DNA of 64,000 bases from Salisapilia sapeloensis CBS 127946 (taxonomy: Eukaryota > Protista > Oomycota). The stretch covers positions 108,051-172,050 of the forward strand of contig JAADVB010000006.1 of NCBI GenBank assembly GCA_023334545.1, in the 5' to 3' direction. This document shows, piece after piece, positions 61,101 to 64,000 of the stretch. A model generated the notes under the pieces. It ran no database searches, had not been told where the DNA came from, and saw only the letters and a program-made list of their open reading frames with translations. A program made the translations under genes and the position numbers. Position 1 is the first letter of the stretch. The number at the start of each line of letters is the position of its first letter.

Positions 61101-61797
61101 GGGTTGTCACCTTATCCAGCGCTACATTCTGTATCGTAATTGCAAGTGTTTTACAATCTTCAGACCAATTTCCAGAGATAGTATCACCTATATAAGTTCC
61201 GAATAAGATTGCTTCATGTAATGAGTGTGTCGATGATAAATCGATGCAATTCGTCGCTTGATAGAAATCAAGCAGGAGAAGATGGTTCGATTCGATATGA
61301 TGAACTTCGTCCGTAATATTGGGCAATCGCATCCCGGTTATAACAGGTGTACAGAAGTCGATATCCAGCTCACATTCGATGACCGATCGGCTTTGCTTAG
61401 CAGCGCTATCTTCCAACTGTGGTTCCTGGATCTGGTATCTGGATGCATGCAATTGAGTAGTAGATTGCAAAATGATATTTGCTCCTTTTTCCATATTGAC
61501 AAGTTCTAGCTGTATCGTATCTGGTAGTAGGCGTGAAGGAGTATTTCGTAACGTGGCTTGCCAATCTGCTACCAGTCGTAGCTTCTCAGAAGCACAACAC
61601 GTTGCGTTTGGAGCAAGCTCTACCATGGACAGATCGCCTTTTGCAATCCACCATTGTACAGTTCCTTCCAGAGAACCAGGCCCGGTGTATGGCACGTCAA
61701 GTGCCCACGTTATGGAGCTAATGCTTATAAAGAAGACGATGAATCCAAGTCGCTGCATGGCGATCTTCGGACGTGACATGGCTGTTAAAGATACCAT
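58195..61797 (-). CDS. Type I membrane protein with LamG/ConA-like domain and Sel1-like repeats (SEL1L3-like)
   Basis: Signal peptide; WALSFWMF..WVHVGFT..FYLNG..LQIGNSPWSEGMRGFVSQLRVY; many A..MGNLYYWG/LGFLHFYG/IGDYYFYG Sel1 repeats; C-terminal TM helix. Confidence 0.88.
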   Translation of the reverse strand: MVSLTAMSRPKIAMQRLGFIVFFISISSITWALDVPYTGPGSLEGTVQWWIAKGDLSMVELAPNATCCASEKLRLVADWQATLRNTPSRLLPDTIQLELVNMEKGANIILQSTTQLHASRYQIQEPQLEDSAAKQSRSVIECELDIDFCTPVITGMRLPNITDEVHHIESNHLLLLDFYQATNCIDLSSTHSLHEAILFGTYIGDTISGNWSEDCKTLAITIQNVALDKVTTPFAAFKDEIATTHLLKKGSTQNDVTDPRINASLSYTNDVEVRLMLTGEFFLRVLLLKTDVDASDKINMQLDSTPFTVVACDDAIVIHDANLTVNEHQVFAETKLVEPVVFIDSVLTFSGTQSLKLLDSEIQTKSPGSWALSFWMFTTAAPSDAFRAIFFHGNGEGEQRTPSVWWKPNERRFLLRVSTDLNTDIGLESQSDIPIMEWVHVGFTFYNCTEDDMTESASHCHDKSKAEEPWNYSFSFYLNGILDQEVLFFTRVISNNGPLQIGNSPWSEGMRGFVSQLRVYNEKVSEDEHYKRYLDEKHFHPDLQHTPIPSTNSSYYMHAASQISFILQTMVKSKSRQDEQDALNHDKHVEGDFSDTGRDVYDIAKEAIVNCDPSWLDTLHEAASLQSSNAQLDLGIAYLFGRYTTDETARCHDGTLGDMQIDLNLTRSKAFLLEALDQGKLKASEYLALIVQMSTYENVDDDMSFLSKGFYHITAAKGRPEAFMTLGNVYRKEGQVDAAAFHYFQAAADASVTYHSRGQQLLHEAHRLYDGLQDDITKGERGENDEVIQYQQMRADKDGDVDAMVAMGNLYYWGIRGVPRDQERALQYFERAADAGNLQAQSALANMLLRGEGTEQDNATAIKWYKKAAEENDTRALNGLGFLHFYGSGGLDVNRSRALELFELAAMLERDGDSLFNAGLCYANGHGTSVDYTKAMHYYQIAAKKFGHFDAILELGRMHMHGVDALLDRSSRNAIPYLMAAAEGGRWGAVTRDAFNYYLDNDFHRAAVLYEVAYSYGYSVSVSNLAYLYDTKLLQVGDNKSEARALHALLRAHRESGDLEVLVRIGDYYFYGMGSIAVDYEEALRWYSRASAKGIAQGAYSAGTIYEHGYGVDINLDRAERYYHRLLELSQDSTDQYIVARLALSRLFIHRWIPALRPILYSSNNTVEPSALPFLSTFIACGALLSAVAIYRASGIRSNS

Positions 61798-62149
61798 CAG
61801 TTATAACGTGACAGCAGTTAATTGTTAAAACAACAAAGGTGGACAGCAAAGATCAAAGTCGCAATAAGCTTTCTATCGACTACTTTGCTTGTCTGTCACG
61901 TCCACATTTGACGCTATGACTGTCATCCAAACGACAGCACACTTGGAGAATGATCATAAACCACCACCGAAAACGGTACTTTGCTAAATGCATTATAATC
62001 CTTGTATTTGGTAATAAAATGATGAACGATGGTAGAAAAAGGCTCGTAATAAGAAACGTAAAGCTCGTAAAACCAAGCATAAGACGACGGAATCACCTAG
62101 TGAAAGTGATCTGCTTATACAGGATGCTCAAACGCAACTGGAACAAGAA

Positions 62150-63154
62150 ATGAAGGATGCAGGGATGGAAAATTGTCTGCCATTGTCCTTCAGTTCCCAC
62201 CGATCCAATCGGAAGAGGCAGCGAACAGAAGAATTTGAAGAATACATTGACGAAGAAGTAATTATTCCAGCCTCTACTAGCCACGGAGCACTTGTGTCTA
62301 GAACAAAAGTAGTGTACGATTCCGATGGCAACGTCATCAGCAAGACTCCAGAACAGGTCGAACTGCCTCTAGAAAATGAGATAACAGCAGTAGAAAACAC
62401 TAGCGAGAGTTCCAACAACGCGACGAAAGAAACACAGAAAGACAACGACAACACAGAGCCACCTCCTGATTTAGACAAGTCCGTCCACAAGTTCTGGCAC
62501 CAACGCCTCAGTCTGTTTGAAAGGTTTGAGGAAGGCATTCAGCTCGACCACGAGAGCTGGTTTTCAGTACGTCGATCCATTTGTAATCAGCTTATCATTC
62601 TCTCATGTACGTGGTAGGTGACTCCACAAACTATTGCAGAAGACGTTGCAGAAAGATGTCGTTGTGACGTGCTTATTGATGCCTTTACCGGTTGTGGTGG
62701 AAATGCCATCCAGTTCGCTCGGACTTGTCGCCACGTGATAGCCATTGACATTGACCCGACGAAGATTCGCATGGCGAAACATAATGCTAGAGTGTATGGT
62801 GTGGAAGATCGTATAGAGTTTATCGTTGGAGACTCCATCTCCTTGCTACCTCAGCTATCCGCTGACGTTGTGTTTTTATCACCACCGTGGGGAGGCATGG
62901 AGTATAATCGAAAATTTTTTAAACTGTCAGACATCCAGATCAATGGGACGGATGGCACTCGTCTATTCGAGTTGGCGCGACAGGTGACGCCGAATGTCGC
63001 GTACTATTTGCCCAAGACGACACCGACTGGAGCTGTATCTGACTTGACTTCATCAGATGAAGAGGTGGAGTATCAAAAGGTCTTTTTAAACGAAAGTCGC
63101 AAAGTGACCATTGCTTACTATGGTAACTTGGTCGTGTCGAAAGAAAAGAGATGA
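62150..63154 (+). CDS. TGS1: Trimethylguanosine synthase; intron ~62548-62617
   Basis: KFWHQRLSLFERFEEGIQLDHESWFS|VTPQTIA; IDAFTGCGGNAIQFA; AIDIDP; DVVFLSPPWGG. Confidence 0.93.
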
Positions 63155-63182
63155 AGAAGAATGTGTTTAAACGAAGACAGTG

Positions 63183-63830
63183 TTATTGTGGGTGCTCTGG
63201 TAGTTGCAAAAGACCAAATTCGGTCGTGTACATGGATGCCATGGTGTTGTAGGCTAGCATATCTCCAGCTCGGATCATATTTCCTAGAATTGCCATGTCT
63301 AAGTGGATGGAGAGGTAGTAGATGATGGAGAATGTACCTGCATCGCAGTTCAATGGCGAATCAGCCGCAGGATCGGAGAGGAGAGAGGTTACAGCCAAGC
63401 ATGCTGCCTATAATACATGATATAATCAGTACAGTACGTCTGCTTGCTCCATATGAATTCGTACTCGAAGCGTCCAGGCCGGGGACCATTCTCGCTTTAG
63501 AATGTCAAGGCAGATGCTGCCATCCTATGCGAACAGTTAGAAGCTGCTATTATTAATACATCTATATCATGAAGCTACCTTAAAATGAACATTCGGGTGG
63601 AAGATGCGAGTAATGAATTTCATCTTGGGAGGCTCCATCGGATACAGCGGCGTCGTTGCGATGGATAATTCAAAAACACGGTCTTCGAACGGTGTGTCTT
63701 TCGGGCCACGGATGAAAGCCTTCCAACGCACGATCGTATCCTCTTCCGGATATAGCACCATGTCTTCTTCTGGGTGTTTCTTGAGCTCCTGGAGCTCCTT
63801 CCTCAATCGCTTGACATTTGTATTCATCAT
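63183..63830 (-). CDS. PEX4: Ubiquitin-conjugating enzyme E2, PEX4-like, four exons
   Basis: RIFHPNVHFK|DGSICLDILKREWSPAWTLR|AACLAVTSLLSDPAADSPLNCDA|GNMIRAGD..MASMYT resembles plant PEX4 (HPNVHFK..SPLNCDSGNLLRSGD). Confidence 0.8.
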
Positions 63831-63915
63831 CTCTTCTGCTTTTAGTTCCTCACCCTCTATATACAAACATCAAGAGAAAGGTCGGTGGTGTGAAAGGTCG
63901 TGCAAGTGGAGGAGA

Positions 63916-64000
63916 ATGAGTCGAGGCGAGTCTTCGATGCCGCAGATCTCGTTCGATGACGAGTACCGTATTCGCCTACTGGAGAAGGAGAAGATCACGC
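63916..64000 (+). CDS. IFT20: Intraflagellar transport protein 20, N-terminal fragment (runs off window)
   Basis: MSRGESSMPQISFDDEYRIRLLEKEK resembles the IFT20 N-terminal FDExxxxRxL motif; only 28 codons visible. Confidence 0.55.
   Translation, partial: MSRGESSMPQISFDDEYRIRLLEKEKIT

Noticed and set aside
1-64000. CRISPR arrays, rRNA genes, intact transposase/RT/integrase ORFs, U12-type introns
   Set aside because: None seen; all introns I could reconstruct were GT-AG.

Overview
Compact, gene-dense eukaryotic nuclear DNA with roughly balanced GC and many short (~45-100 nt) GT-AG introns. Gene content and style suggest a flagellated stramenopile, probably an oomycete (inference only). About 30 protein-coding genes can be supported, arranged largely as alternating head-to-head and tail-to-tail pairs: threonine dehydratase (partial), a TRAF-type zinc-finger/SAM protein, ubiquitin E1, CDKAL1, ABHD17, an H4-like/H3-like tandem histone-fold protein, a DASH/Dam1 Ask1-like protein, a RING-CUE-3xCCCH protein, RPL7, BLTP2/Fmp27, SMYD, MscS, PHOSPHO2-like phosphatase, a secreted CAP protein, isocitrate lyase, a degenerate cyclophilin, PPT1, an MKP1-like phosphatase, PP6c, aspartylglucosaminidase, a CTFxP-repeat protein, GH38 alpha-mannosidase, WDR24, a LamG-Sel1 protein, TGS1, PEX4 and IFT20 (partial). 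Two ORF-poor intervals (16.4-18.3 kb, 37.7-39.35 kb) look like decayed genes. No rRNA, tRNA, CRISPR array or intact transposon is visible. The most striking observation is a single-chain H4-like plus truncated H3-like protein sharing a 159-nt divergent promoter (two E2F-type sites, one CHR-type site) with an Ask1-like kinetochore subunit. All homology calls come from remembered family motifs and by-eye alignment; no database search was run. Intron boundaries are manual predictions.
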